DNA of 42,084 bases, from NCBI GenBank assembly GCA_937921305.1, contig CAKZSU010000006.1, forward strand, positions 136,646 to 178,729. Reading direction: 5' to 3'. This document shows positions 8,914-18,299 of this stretch, piece after piece. The notes under the pieces are model-generated. The model saw only the letters and a list, made by a program, of their open reading frames with translations, searched no databases and was not told the DNA's origin. The position numbers and the translations under genes are program-made. The DNA is from an uncultured Patescibacteria group bacterium (lineage in GTDB: Bacteria; Patescibacteriota; Microgenomatia; UBA10105; UBA927). Every line of letters begins with the position of its first letter. Position 1 is the first letter of the stretch.

Positions 8914-10578
8914 CTAAATCATATCCTTCACCTTTACTTCTAAAGAAGTAGAATTCTCCCATTCTGTTTCTTCAATACTATATGCGATACTCCGAATACT
9001 TTCCTGAATACCTGGCGCTCTAATTTGCTTACCCATCTCAAACCAAATCGCATTCAATGGTCGATCACTTTTGTCATGAGAAATTTTAAATTTAAGATGT
9101 TTTCCATCTGCTCCAACCTGTTTCATATCACGCACATGAACATTTCGAGAACAAAAGATCGGAGAAGGATTTCCCACCCCAAATGGCGCTAATTGCTGAA
9201 TTGCCTGATAGAGTTCTTTTGTCACATACCGCATTGGAAGCTCCATATCAATCGCAAGCGAAGGAATGCAAAGTTCGTCAGACAGAAATCTTTGAACGTA
9301 TTCCTCAAAAAATTCTTGAAATGCCGATATCTTGCTTGTTTCTATGCTAAAACCCGCCGCCATTGGATGCCCGCCGAGTTCAAGGAATAATGATCGAGCC
9401 TCGCGAAGCCCCTCAATAATATTAAAGCCGGGGATCGACCTCGCGCTTGCTTTGGAAACAGTCTCTCCTTTTGCTATAACAATTGATGGACGATAAAATG
9501 TCTCTACCAGCTTCCCCGCCGCCAACCCAATAATCCCCGGATTGTATTTCTCATCAGCAAGAATTAACACTTTTTTATCTTCATTCATTGAACGAACTTT
9601 ATCTACCGCGTCATTTGTCGTCTCAAGCGTCATATCTTGCCGCTCCTTGTTTATCGTCCCCAATCGCTTTGCCAATTCATGAGATCTTCGCTTGTCTTTT
9701 GTGCATAGCAATCGAAGGGCGTCCATCGCGTGATCAAGTCGTCCAAGCGCGTTTAATCGAGGAGCAATTATGTACGAAATATGATAAGGCCCAATATCTG
9801 CAGTATGTATTCCTGATTCAACAAGCATTGCTTGTATACCTGGACGACTACTTTTTGCAATTAATGGTAATCCATGAACAACGAATGATCGATTTATATC
9901 AATAAGAGGCAATAGATCTGCAACAATCCCGAGAGACGCAAGCGTTAAAAAATCATTCATAACAAAACGAAACGATGTGTCATCAAGAGTATCAGACAAT
10001 AAATGCTTCGCAACAAACCAAGCAACGCCAGCTCCCGATGTTTTTGTTGTATGAATAATTGTTGTATCTGGGAGATCTTCTGGTTTTGCGTGATGATCTG
10101 TGATCAGAACATCAATTCCCAATGACGCGGCGTACTCGACTTTTTCTTTTGCTGTTATCCCGTGGTCAACTGTTACAATCAGATCGACATCATACAACCG
10201 TTTTATCGCATCAATCCCTATGTGAGATAAGCCATACCCTTCTTCAACTCTGTGCGGAATATATGGCATAACCTTTCCGCCAAGGTTATGGATCGCTTCC
10301 CACATGATCGCTCCAGCGGTTACTCCGTCTGCGTCATAATCTGCGTACACAACGATTGATTCTTTTTTTTGTATCGCGACTTTTATTCGTTTCACACCTT
10401 CTAATAATTGTGAATTGTCAATGCCAAAATCACTGGAGGAAAAATCAAGAGGATGCATCGGAGAAAGGAACGCGTCTTTATTAAAGACTCCTCTATTTCG
10501 AAGAAGAATATCAATAATCATTTCAGGGTCATATCGTTCCAACGGTTCTTTATACGCAATATCCCATCGCTTCTTCAT
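8914..10578 (-). CDS. recJ: Single-stranded-DNA-specific exonuclease RecJ
   Basis: DYDADG, TVDHGI, TDHH, PRLNALGRL, SARS, GGHPMAAG, PFGVGNPSP. Likely ATG at 10578. Confidence 0.95.
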   Translation of the reverse strand: MKKRWDIAYKEPLERYDPEMIIDILLRNRGVFNKDAFLSPMHPLDFSSSDFGIDNSQLLEGVKRIKVAIQKKESIVVYADYDADGVTAGAIMWEAIHNLGGKVMPYIPHRVEEGYGLSHIGIDAIKRLYDVDLIVTVDHGITAKEKVEYAASLGIDVLITDHHAKPEDLPDTTIIHTTKTSGAGVAWFVAKHLLSDTLDDTSFRFVMNDFLTLASLGIVADLLPLIDINRSFVVHGLPLIAKSSRPGIQAMLVESGIHTADIGPYHISYIIAPRLNALGRLDHAMDALRLLCTKDKRRSHELAKRLGTINKERQDMTLETTNDAVDKVRSMNEDKKVLILADEKYNPGIIGLAAGKLVETFYRPSIVIAKGETVSKASARSIPGFNIIEGLREARSLFLELGGHPMAAGFSIETSKISAFQEFFEEYVQRFLSDELCIPSLAIDMELPMRYVTKELYQAIQQLAPFGVGNPSPIFCSRNVHVRDMKQVGADGKHLKFKISHDKSDRPLNAIWFEMGKQIRAPGIQESIRSIAYSIEETEWENSTSLEVKVKDMI

Positions 10579-10605
10579 AGATTTATACAGTGTATAATAC
10601 CAACC

Positions 10606-11994
10606 ATGAGAACACTGCCTCAAGAGGTTCAAACTGTTCTTTCCACATTAAAAAACTCTGGATTCGACGCATATGTCGTCGGAGGATCTGTTAGAGATCT
10701 TTTGATGGGAAAAGAAACAAAAGGCTGGGACTTTACAACCAACGCAACGCCAGAACAAATTCTCTCTCTTTTCCCGGATAGTTTTTATGATAATTGCTTC
10801 GGCACTGTCGGTGTAAAAATTTACGAAGATCAAGAAAAAACGCATATAAAAGACATTTTTGAAATCACAACATTTCGAAGCGAACGTGGATACACGGATA
10901 ACCGACACCCAGATATCATCCACTGGGGGACACACATTGAAGACGATCTTGCTCGACGAGACTTCACGATTAACGCCATTGCGTATAATGGGGCAACATT
11001 CATCGATCCCTATGGAGGAAGAAAAGATATAGAAAAGAAAGTTATTCGCGCTGTAGGAAACCCAATCGATCGTTTTTCTGAAGATGCCCTCCGGATCATG
11101 CGTGCAGTTCGAATCGCCACGCAATTAGGTTTTTTTATAGAAGAACACACATTGGAAGCAATTCGCTCATCTGTTCATCTTCTTCAGAATATCTCCGCAG
11201 AACGTATTCGAGACGAATTGATGAAAATTCTCGCAAGCAATTATCCAGCTGATGGAACCCTCTTATTAAAAAATACTGGCATTCTTCAGATCATCATTCC
11301 AGAACTCCATGACGCATTTTCTGTCCCGCAGAAGAGTCCAAAAAGGCACCACATCTACGATGTTGGGACACACTCTGTGGAAGCATTGCGACACGCGCCG
11401 ACGACAGATCCAATTGTTCGTCTTGCGACACTTCTTCATGACATTGGAAAACCAAAAACATTTCACAAAGATAAATCAGGACTCATTACCTTTTATAATC
11501 ACGAAGTGATTGGAGCAAAGATTGCGAAAGATATCTGCCATCGTCTTCGATTGTCTAAAAAACAAACAGACACCGTTGTTACGCTTGTCCGATGGCATCA
11601 ATTTTCCGTTGACCCAAATCAAACCGATTCTGCGATACGACGATTTATTCGACGATGCGGGAAAGAGAACCTTGAGTATATGCTTGCGCTTCGCATCGGC
11701 GATCGGCTAGGAGGAGGAGCGCAGGAAACATCATGGCGTCTTGAACTATTCAAAAAACGACTTGAAGATGTTCAAAAACAACCATTTTCGATCAAAGACT
11801 TACAGGTGAATGGTCACGATGTGATGCGGATATTCAATATCGATCCGGGACCGACGGTAGGAAAAACACTGGAAACTCTATTTTCAGAAGTTGAACAAGG
11901 AATCCTTCCAAATGAACGAGAAGCGCTTCTCAAGAGAATACAGGAGCTTGCCTTATCTACTTCTTTGCTCGTTTCTTCAACAACAAAAACATAG
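10606..11994 (+). CDS. cca: CCA tRNA nucleotidyltransferase / poly(A) polymerase family with HD domain
   Basis: YVVGGSVRDLL, EITTFR, DLARRDFTINA, RFSEDALRIMRAVR, ERIRDEL, LLHDIGK. ATG at 10606. Confidence 0.88.
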   Translation: MRTLPQEVQTVLSTLKNSGFDAYVVGGSVRDLLMGKETKGWDFTTNATPEQILSLFPDSFYDNCFGTVGVKIYEDQEKTHIKDIFEITTFRSERGYTDNRHPDIIHWGTHIEDDLARRDFTINAIAYNGATFIDPYGGRKDIEKKVIRAVGNPIDRFSEDALRIMRAVRIATQLGFFIEEHTLEAIRSSVHLLQNISAERIRDELMKILASNYPADGTLLLKNTGILQIIIPELHDAFSVPQKSPKRHHIYDVGTHSVEALRHAPTTDPIVRLATLLHDIGKPKTFHKDKSGLITFYNHEVIGAKIAKDICHRLRLSKKQTDTVVTLVRWHQFSVDPNQTDSAIRRFIRRCGKENLEYMLALRIGDRLGGGAQETSWRLELFKKRLEDVQKQPFSIKDLQVNGHDVMRIFNIDPGPTVGKTLETLFSEVEQGILPNEREALLKRIQELALSTSLLVSSTTKT

Positions 11995-12820
11995 GAACAG
12001 CGACAAATGGCGACGAGTATGTTCCCGAAATCGTCCCAATGAGAAGCGCGACAGCAAACCATCGGATTGTTTCACCGCCAAGCAAGACAAGCGTGGTCAA
12101 CATAATGATAATCGTTACGGAATTCGCAAGAGATCGAGCCATTGTCTGCGTTACAGCGATATCAGCGATATCGTCTATCGTTTCATGCGATCCTCGCTTC
12201 GTCATCTCTCGAATCCTATCAAACACAACAATCGTATCATGAACCGAAAAACTCATTGTTGTTAATAACGCTGTAATGAATAATGTATCGACTTCAACAC
12301 TGCGCATTACCCCTAAAAGGGAAAATATCCCAAGTGTCACCAATAAATCATGAAGCAACGCGATAATCGCCGAAACACCGTAGAGCACATTCTTGAACGC
12401 ATACGCGACATACAAAAGAATACACACCACCGCGAAAACAGCAGCGATAAGCGCCTTCATAAGAAGCTCTCTTCCTAGAATCGGTCCAACCGTTTCATCC
12501 CGTAACAATTCAACAGATCCTCCTGATGTTTGCCGAAGATTATCCAATAACTCTTGAACTTTTTGACCTCCTTCTGGCTTCGCTCGAATGATAAATGTTT
12601 CAGCAGATTGTTGAATGCTTACCAACGGAAATGATACTGTTTGAGCAGACGATTCTATAGAATTTTTTGTTCCTGAAGAAAAAGAAATCTCTATAAGAGT
12701 TCCTCCGGTAAAATCGATTGACGGTCGCAATCCAAAGATGAGCAAAGAAATAACTCCTGGAATAATAACAAACGAGGAGATTAAAAAGCACATCTTGTGA
12801 AACTTGCTAAATCGTATCAT
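11957..12820 (-). CDS. secF: Protein translocase subunit SecF
   Basis: SIDFTGG, ETVGPILG, LLHD, SVHDTIVVFDRIRE, GTYSS. Confidence 0.95.
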   Translation of the reverse strand: MIRFSKFHKMCFLISSFVIIPGVISLLIFGLRPSIDFTGGTLIEISFSSGTKNSIESSAQTVSFPLVSIQQSAETFIIRAKPEGGQKVQELLDNLRQTSGGSVELLRDETVGPILGRELLMKALIAAVFAVVCILLYVAYAFKNVLYGVSAIIALLHDLLVTLGIFSLLGVMRSVEVDTLFITALLTTMSFSVHDTIVVFDRIREMTKRGSHETIDDIADIAVTQTMARSLANSVTIIIMLTTLVLLGGETIRWFAVALLIGTISGTYSSPFVAVPMFLLLKKRAKK

Positions 12821-14217
12821 GAACGCTCCCTATATAACACGCGAAGGAATGTTCGCGTTACCACAATGCCAGTAAACAAGCTCACAATCACTCCCAACAA
12901 TAACGTAACCGCAAACCCTCGAACCATTCCCGATGTTGGAAAAAACGTCCAGTCAAACGGATTAAACAAGATCAAACAGGTAATGATCGTCGTTACATTC
13001 GCGTCTCGAATGCTATCCCATGCTTTGCCAAACGCATGCTCCAAGGCGATATGCCATGGCTTTCCCTTAAACTTTTCTTCTTTATATCGCTCAAAAATAA
13101 GAATATTGCTATCAACCGCCATACCCATCGAGAGTATAAATCCAGCAATACCAGGGAGCGTAAGTGTGATAGGAATTGCTCGATACAACGAGAAGGTAAT
13201 AAGACCATAGATTGCAAAACCCAAAACAGAAAATATTCCCAACCGTCCATACAACGCGATCATAAATCCAGAAACAAATACCAAGCCAATAATTCCCGCT
13301 CTCATGCTTTTTTCAACAGACTCCTTACCCAAACTTGCCTCAACCGCACGCTTTTCTATGACATCAATTGGAATAGGAAGCGCTCCTGCGTTTAACTGCG
13401 TAACTAAAAACTTTGCCTGATCTGTCGTAAATCCGCCTTGAATCACCGCTTCCCCGTTTGTGATCTCTTGATTGACTACCGGATTAGAAATAAGCATGCC
13501 GTCAAGAAAAATAGGAAGCGTTTTGCCAATAAGGCGTTTCGTCAGCTCCGCGAATTTTTTTCCTCCTTCTTCGGTAAATTGAACAGCAACAATAGGTTCG
13601 CCATTCTGCTGGCTATACTGAAGAAATGATCGCTTAAGATCTTTTCCTGTGAGACCAGTGGGTTTCGTGCCAAGAAAAAACGCGCTGGGAGAAGCAACCA
13701 TGGTAAGCTGAGCGTACGCGCTATCCGTTGCTAATCGTTCATCGATAAATTCGCGAAACTCAAGTTGCGATGTTTGCCCAATCACCGCCAACGCCTGCTC
13801 TGTTTCAGTAATTCCCGGCAGTTCCACGATAATTCGATACGAATTATTTGCGACAGAGGTTTGCACCAATGGTTCTGTCACGCCAAGAAAATTTACGCGT
13901 CGTTCTATGACGCTTTTTGCAGATTCAAGCGCGTTTTGCCGATCCGATGGATCAATGCCATTCATATTTGCCTCAAGCGTTACATGCGTTCCCCCAGCAA
14001 GATCAAGACCCAACTGTGTCTTAAATGTTCTTTGAATACGTATTCCCAAAAAATTAATATCTATGGATAAGGGGTTTATAATTCGATCGATTTTGATCGG
14101 TCCGATTGATACATTCAGTGGATATCCCTCGGGTAATACTAAAGGAATTACGACGACGATCAAAAGAAGAATTGCGAAAAAAACCCGAACGGATTGAAGG
14201 CGGATGTGATGATTCAT
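12817..14217 (-). CDS. secD: Protein translocase subunit SecD
   Basis: LGLDLAGG, IERRVN, LNAGALP, TLTLPGIAGFILSMGMAVDSNILIFER, IRDANVTT. Overlaps secF by 4 nt. Confidence 0.95.
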   Translation of the reverse strand: MNHHIRLQSVRVFFAILLLIVVVIPLVLPEGYPLNVSIGPIKIDRIINPLSIDINFLGIRIQRTFKTQLGLDLAGGTHVTLEANMNGIDPSDRQNALESAKSVIERRVNFLGVTEPLVQTSVANNSYRIIVELPGITETEQALAVIGQTSQLEFREFIDERLATDSAYAQLTMVASPSAFFLGTKPTGLTGKDLKRSFLQYSQQNGEPIVAVQFTEEGGKKFAELTKRLIGKTLPIFLDGMLISNPVVNQEITNGEAVIQGGFTTDQAKFLVTQLNAGALPIPIDVIEKRAVEASLGKESVEKSMRAGIIGLVFVSGFMIALYGRLGIFSVLGFAIYGLITFSLYRAIPITLTLPGIAGFILSMGMAVDSNILIFERYKEEKFKGKPWHIALEHAFGKAWDSIRDANVTTIITCLILFNPFDWTFFPTSGMVRGFAVTLLLGVIVSLFTGIVVTRTFLRVLYRERS

Positions 14218-14224
14218 ATGGAGA

Positions 14225-14803
14225 TTAGCTTAATAAATCTTCTTCATCGCCAATAATCATGACTTTTGATCCAGACAAAATAGAAAGAACAAATGGATCT
14301 CTTCTGCTCTTTCTGAATTCGAATTCTTCTTCTGTCATCACCGTATAACCAACCTCAACGTGTCTTCGTGCTTCCTCGCCTTTAATCAATAACGCGAGCT
14401 CTGGAAGGACAATCGTCCCAACCATAAGAAGATCGACATCCGTGTTGCTTTTCTTGGGAAGTCCTTTCAAATATCTTCCAGAGATCATCGCATATTTAAC
14501 TTTTCCAAGTTTGTTTTTTTGACGGAGGATGTCCCCTCCAAGTCCCGCTGTTTTTCCGATGAGATACAACAATTCTGTGTATAACGGATATTCTTTACGA
14601 AATTGATAGACCAGTCGATTTCCTCGTTGCTCTTTTGAAAACATTCCACACTTTTCCATGTGGGCAAGCTCTCTGCGAACCGCGTTGATTTCTTCTTCCG
14701 TTTGTCTCACAATCTCTCGCACATGAAACATGTCATGAGGATTAAGAAGAAATAATTCTAAAATTTTTATTCGAACTCGAGAAAAAATAATGTCGTCTAA
14801 CAT
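14225..14803 (-). CDS. Winged-helix protein fused to a degenerate minimal nucleotidyltransferase domain
   Basis: N-terminal HTH (HVREIVRQTEEEINAVRRELAHME), then ISGRYL...DVDLLMVG. Confidence 0.7.
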   Translation of the reverse strand: MLDDIIFSRVRIKILELFLLNPHDMFHVREIVRQTEEEINAVRRELAHMEKCGMFSKEQRGNRLVYQFRKEYPLYTELLYLIGKTAGLGGDILRQKNKLGKVKYAMISGRYLKGLPKKSNTDVDLLMVGTIVLPELALLIKGEEARRHVEVGYTVMTEEEFEFRKSRRDPFVLSILSGSKVMIIGDEEDLLS

Positions 14804-14841
14804 ACAAGATCATTGAAGGCAGAGGCAGCATTTTAATATCA

Positions 14842-16053
14842 TTAATATACAACTTCTGTGCCAATTGGAAGCATATCTATCCATAGTTGACCTCGCGTAA
14901 ATTCTATCTCTTTTCCTTTCGCATCAACAAATCGCGTTCTTGCGTTTCTGTTTGGTTTTGACCATACTCCTTTTATCGTTTTTCCGTCCTGGAAAATTAG
15001 AGCATCTCCTTTTCCAATATTTTCATACAACACATGGGCATGTTGATCCACTGACGGAGTATACTTTGCAAATTGCAAAATGACAACTTTTGGAGACAAC
15101 TGTTCATCAACTTCCAAATCTTTATGGGGAACACCTCCGGTAAATCGTTTATAACTATTTGTCTGTCTATCATATTCCCATCGAACGCCATATTTTTCAG
15201 CCATAGAAGCCCACGCGGAGTAAGTGATTACCTGCGATTCGCCTCGAGAGGCTTCTTTTAGACCATCTTTAAATTTCCACGAAACAAAATCTTTGTCCCA
15301 CGGAACGCCTTTCTCATCAACATTCGTCCATTTTCGCATTTGAGCGGCAAACTTCCACAGTCCTTCTGTTTCGCATACCATGGTATGCTCCCATGCCACA
15401 GGACGACCTAATCGCTCAGTGTTTCGATAACATACAGAGTACCGTGAACCGTCAACATCTTGTTGTTTGTATGGAAGACCAAATTGATCTAAATCTTTAA
15501 TCTTCCATTTGTCTATCGCGCAGAGCGCTTTCGCCCGTTCATCAACAGTGGGATCGTCGCATTTCCCAGCGCCGCCAACATGGTTATACAACGCGTCATA
15601 TTCAAGCACCCACGGAAGATAGTACATACGCGCGCTCCGCACGGGAGCAAGCATAAGATTTTGACCCGAAGCTCCGCAATAGAATATTCCTAAAAATCGT
15701 GTAATACCTCCCTCGGCAACAGCTTCATAGACCACATCCGCATGATACAATCCAGACTGTGGTCGAGATTCTTCGTGATTTTCTATCATCACAGCAAGCG
15801 GACGACGCTTGCTCCACGCTTCCTTTTCTTGTTTTGTGTAGAACATTCCGTTGATTGGACACTCCTCCGTTCGAGGAATAGATGGATCTATGACAAAATG
15901 TTTCTGCTTTGGACCGGGAGATGGAGATGACAACGTTGGCAATTCTGTCTGTTTCTGTTGAGGAAAGGCGCTAAACGCCGCATAGGAAAGACCAGTGGAA
16001 ATAAGATAAACGCTTATGCCGATAAACGTAAGTTTAAAGAAATTCCCATTCAT
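14842..16053 (-). CDS. DUF3048 (YerB-like) secreted protein
   Basis: RPLAVMIENH, SRPQSGL, ADVVYE, AEGGITRF, PVRSAR, and an N-terminal hydrophobic anchor. Confidence 0.85.
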   Translation of the reverse strand: MNGNFFKLTFIGISVYLISTGLSYAAFSAFPQQKQTELPTLSSPSPGPKQKHFVIDPSIPRTEECPINGMFYTKQEKEAWSKRRPLAVMIENHEESRPQSGLYHADVVYEAVAEGGITRFLGIFYCGASGQNLMLAPVRSARMYYLPWVLEYDALYNHVGGAGKCDDPTVDERAKALCAIDKWKIKDLDQFGLPYKQQDVDGSRYSVCYRNTERLGRPVAWEHTMVCETEGLWKFAAQMRKWTNVDEKGVPWDKDFVSWKFKDGLKEASRGESQVITYSAWASMAEKYGVRWEYDRQTNSYKRFTGGVPHKDLEVDEQLSPKVVILQFAKYTPSVDQHAHVLYENIGKGDALIFQDGKTIKGVWSKPNRNARTRFVDAKGKEIEFTRGQLWIDMLPIGTEVVY

Positions 16054-16103
16054 AGCAACGAGGACGATCAGTATTCATCTATGGTAAAGGACATTATTCT
16101 CTC

Positions 16104-16120
16104 TTGTCAATTATTGACAA
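16104..16120. promoter_or_regulatory. Palindrome TTGTCAA-TTA-TTGACAA (back-to-back -35 hexamers or operator)
   Basis: Perfect 7-bp inverted repeat. The minus-strand TTGACA lies 18 nt from TACCAT upstream of the DUF3048 gene. Confidence 0.45.
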
Positions 16121-16170
16121 AGGCGAAATATGTCTTTCTGAGAAGGAAAGATATTCTTCAAGCCTCTGCT

Positions 16171-16343
16171 AGATGTTGAAATGAACTCAGCATGACAAAA
16201 AGAGAAAGTAATCTACTCTTCTAATCAACACTGTTTAATATCAAAATTATCATACTGAATTTGTTTCAGAATCTTGAGACTACCAAGAAACAAGAAGCGG
16301 TTATTCCAATCTCTATAAGATACTGAAACAGGTTTACTATGAC
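16171..16343. repeat. Degenerate REP/MITE-like 26-bp inverted-repeat units
   Basis: AGATGTTGAAATGAACTCAGCATGAC (16171-16196), ATCATACTGAATTTGTTTCAGAATCT (16249-16274), AGATACTGAAACAGGTTTACTATGAC (16318-16343). The last two are inverted, matching at 20/26. Confidence 0.65.
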
Positions 16344-16422
16344 AAAAATAATTTATAATTATCATATTTTATTGACATAGGGTGTCTTATCGTGATAGTC
16401 TTTTCACCACATCATTACTTCT

Positions 16423-16707
16423 ATGCCACAAAAAACAAAAAAACAAAAAATACAAAGCAAACAACGACGGATGACCATGAAACAACAAAATATTACTCAT
16501 GATGATATCCACAACACCTCTTTTAAGTCACCATCACATCAACCGATGACATCGCCAATAGTTTTTTCATTCAATCGGCATTCATCAAGTAACCAAACGC
16601 ATCAGATCGAAGATACTCTTTTCCCAGCGGAGCAAGAAATTACAAAAACGGTTATTGTAAGCGTTGCCACGATCGTCGCAGTTGTTCTTGTGTCATTTGC
16701 TCTGTAA
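16423..16707 (+). CDS. Small hypothetical protein with a C-terminal TM anchor
   Basis: Basic N-terminus (MPQKTKKQK) and hydrophobic C-terminal tail. TTGACA upstream at 16372. Confidence 0.65.
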   Translation: MPQKTKKQKIQSKQRRMTMKQQNITHDDIHNTSFKSPSHQPMTSPIVFSFNRHSSSNQTHQIEDTLFPAEQEITKTVIVSVATIVAVVLVSFAL

Positions 16708-16762
16708 TCATCCCTAAATATAAACACTTCTTTCGTTATTTAAAGCTGCAGAGACCTCTACA

Positions 16763-17485
16763 TTAAGGAGCTGGAGATGGTTCGGTGGTGCAAATAAAAT
16801 TTGATACATTATATGGACGTTGCCTTCCTGTTTCCTCGAAATATCCACAGGTAAAAGGATTATCAACTATATCAGATGGCGTTGGACGAACCGTAGGAGA
16901 CGATCCCGGTGTAATTGATAATGATACCGTCGGCGTTGATGTAATCGACATTCCCTGCGTTGGTGTCGGCGTGTTGGTGAAAACTGTGGGCATAGGGGTA
17001 TGTTGTGGAATATCTTCTTGTATCTGACGAATAAGTGTTGCGATATCATTGTTTTCCTCTTCTATCGGAATATAGAGTGTATGCGTTCCTTCGTCTGTTT
17101 CAACAACAATCGTCAAATATCTCCCGGAGGGATATCTTTGATGCTCAGCCAAATCTATTTGGGAAGCAAGCTGCATAAGACGAAGAATGTACTTTGGGTC
17201 AGGAGCTCGATATGCGTCCTTCATCTCTCCCCCGCATGTTTCATATCGTTGCACAACGCCATTTGGAAGAATGTCAAGACATGAATCGTCATTCTCCTGA
17301 ATAACTGTAATTCTTCGAATAGACCGCACATTTTGCGTTGCTGGAGGATCAGACGGTCGAACAAGCAATCGCTCAAGACCTTGATCGTGCTTTTTGCCGT
17401 AGTATTGGAGAATGCTATAGAGAAGGAAAAAAACCACTACAAGAATCAAAAAGAAAAAAAGAAGATATATCGATCGAATCCTCAT
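16763..17485 (-). CDS. Membrane-anchored hypothetical protein with a Thr/Pro-rich linker
   Basis: N-terminal TM, two Cys pairs and a TPTP-rich stretch. Confidence 0.7.
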   Translation of the reverse strand: MRIRSIYLLFFFLILVVVFFLLYSILQYYGKKHDQGLERLLVRPSDPPATQNVRSIRRITVIQENDDSCLDILPNGVVQRYETCGGEMKDAYRAPDPKYILRLMQLASQIDLAEHQRYPSGRYLTIVVETDEGTHTLYIPIEEENNDIATLIRQIQEDIPQHTPMPTVFTNTPTPTQGMSITSTPTVSLSITPGSSPTVRPTPSDIVDNPFTCGYFEETGRQRPYNVSNFICTTEPSPAP

Positions 17486-17497
17486 GGATGCTTTATC

Positions 17498-17541
17498 AAA
17501 GAAAAGAACCTCTCCTCTAAATTGGAGAGGATCTCTTCTTT
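17498..17541 (-). terminator. Intrinsic terminator after the major pilin gene
   Basis: Hairpin CCTCTCC/GGAGAGG followed on the minus strand by TTCTTTTCTTT. Confidence 0.7.
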
Positions 17542-17559
17542 GAACGCGATCAACACATG

Positions 17560-17988
17560 TTATCGAACAACGGTAATATAGGTTCCCGGATTCAATTCGC
17601 TTGACGCGCTCGCGATAATACGCCCGCCTTGCCTAAAAATAATATATTGCGTATTTGCATCGGTTCCGTTTGACGGATCTCTCGGAATCGCGGCAATATA
17701 TGTCGGGACTAATACCGTAGATAAATTAACGCCAGACGTGCCAATATTTTGCGGCGTTGCTGTAATGATTGTTGGAATATCTCCGTTATTTTCTGACGCG
17801 TATTGATATAACGCATTTGTAATTCCATACAGATCCGCTCTTCGCTGCGTATCACGCGCCGACGCAAATTGTCTCCCCGGATTTACCGCCACCAATACAA
17901 CCGCCGCAAGAATTCCGATAATACCGATAACAACGAGAAGTTCGATGAGCGTAAATCCTCGCTGAGACATCTGTTTTATTGTCTGCAT
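17560..17988 (-). CDS. Type IV pilin (probable major pilin)
   Basis: Class III signal QRG|FTLIELLVVIGIIGILAAVV, ARDTQRRADL and IPRDP. Has a strong RBS (AAAGGGGGTGA) plus its own promoter and terminator. Confidence 0.9.
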   Translation of the reverse strand: MQTIKQMSQRGFTLIELLVVIGIIGILAAVVLVAVNPGRQFASARDTQRRADLYGITNALYQYASENNGDIPTIITATPQNIGTSGVNLSTVLVPTYIAAIPRDPSNGTDANTQYIIFRQGGRIIASASSELNPGTYITVVR

Positions 17989-18035
17989 GCTTCGCTCACC
18001 CCCTTTCTTGGATAGAACCACTTATTCATATCATG

Positions 18036-18065
18036 AGCGTAACAGATATATAAAAATATTGTCAA
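18036..18065 (-). promoter_or_regulatory. Promoter of the major pilin gene
   Basis: Minus strand TTGACA, 18-nt spacer ending TGT, then TACGCT. Confidence 0.55.
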
Positions 18066-18086
18066 TCATGGATCCTTCACCATGTG

Positions 18087-18299
18087 CTACTCTTGATTTC
18101 GTAATAATTTCACCGCTTTTGAAAGAGTTGAGTCGTCAATTAAAGAAGATCCTTTCGACAATTGTTTTTGCCCTCCATAAAGAATAATTAATGAGAAAAA
18201 AACAATCGCAATATTGACGACAAACCAGACGCCTAACCCTATAAAAAGGGAAAACCCAATCAATGTTTCCTTGTCAACTGGTGAACGGATTTTTGACAT
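18087..18299 (-). CDS. Small single-TM protein at the end of the pilMN-pilO operon
   Basis: 70 aa with one TM. Overlaps the end of pilO. Confidence 0.6.
   Translation of the reverse strand: MSKIRSPVDKETLIGFSLFIGLGVWFVVNIAIVFFSLIILYGGQKQLSKGSSLIDDSTLSKAVKLLRNQE

Noticed and set aside
11957-11994. 38-nt convergent overlap of cca and secF
   Set aside because: Short tail-to-tail overlaps are common in compact genomes, and the cca tail looks like non-conserved run-on.
16171-16343. Possible mini CRISPR array
   Set aside because: The units are inverted relative to each other, degenerate and irregularly spaced, and there are no cas genes.
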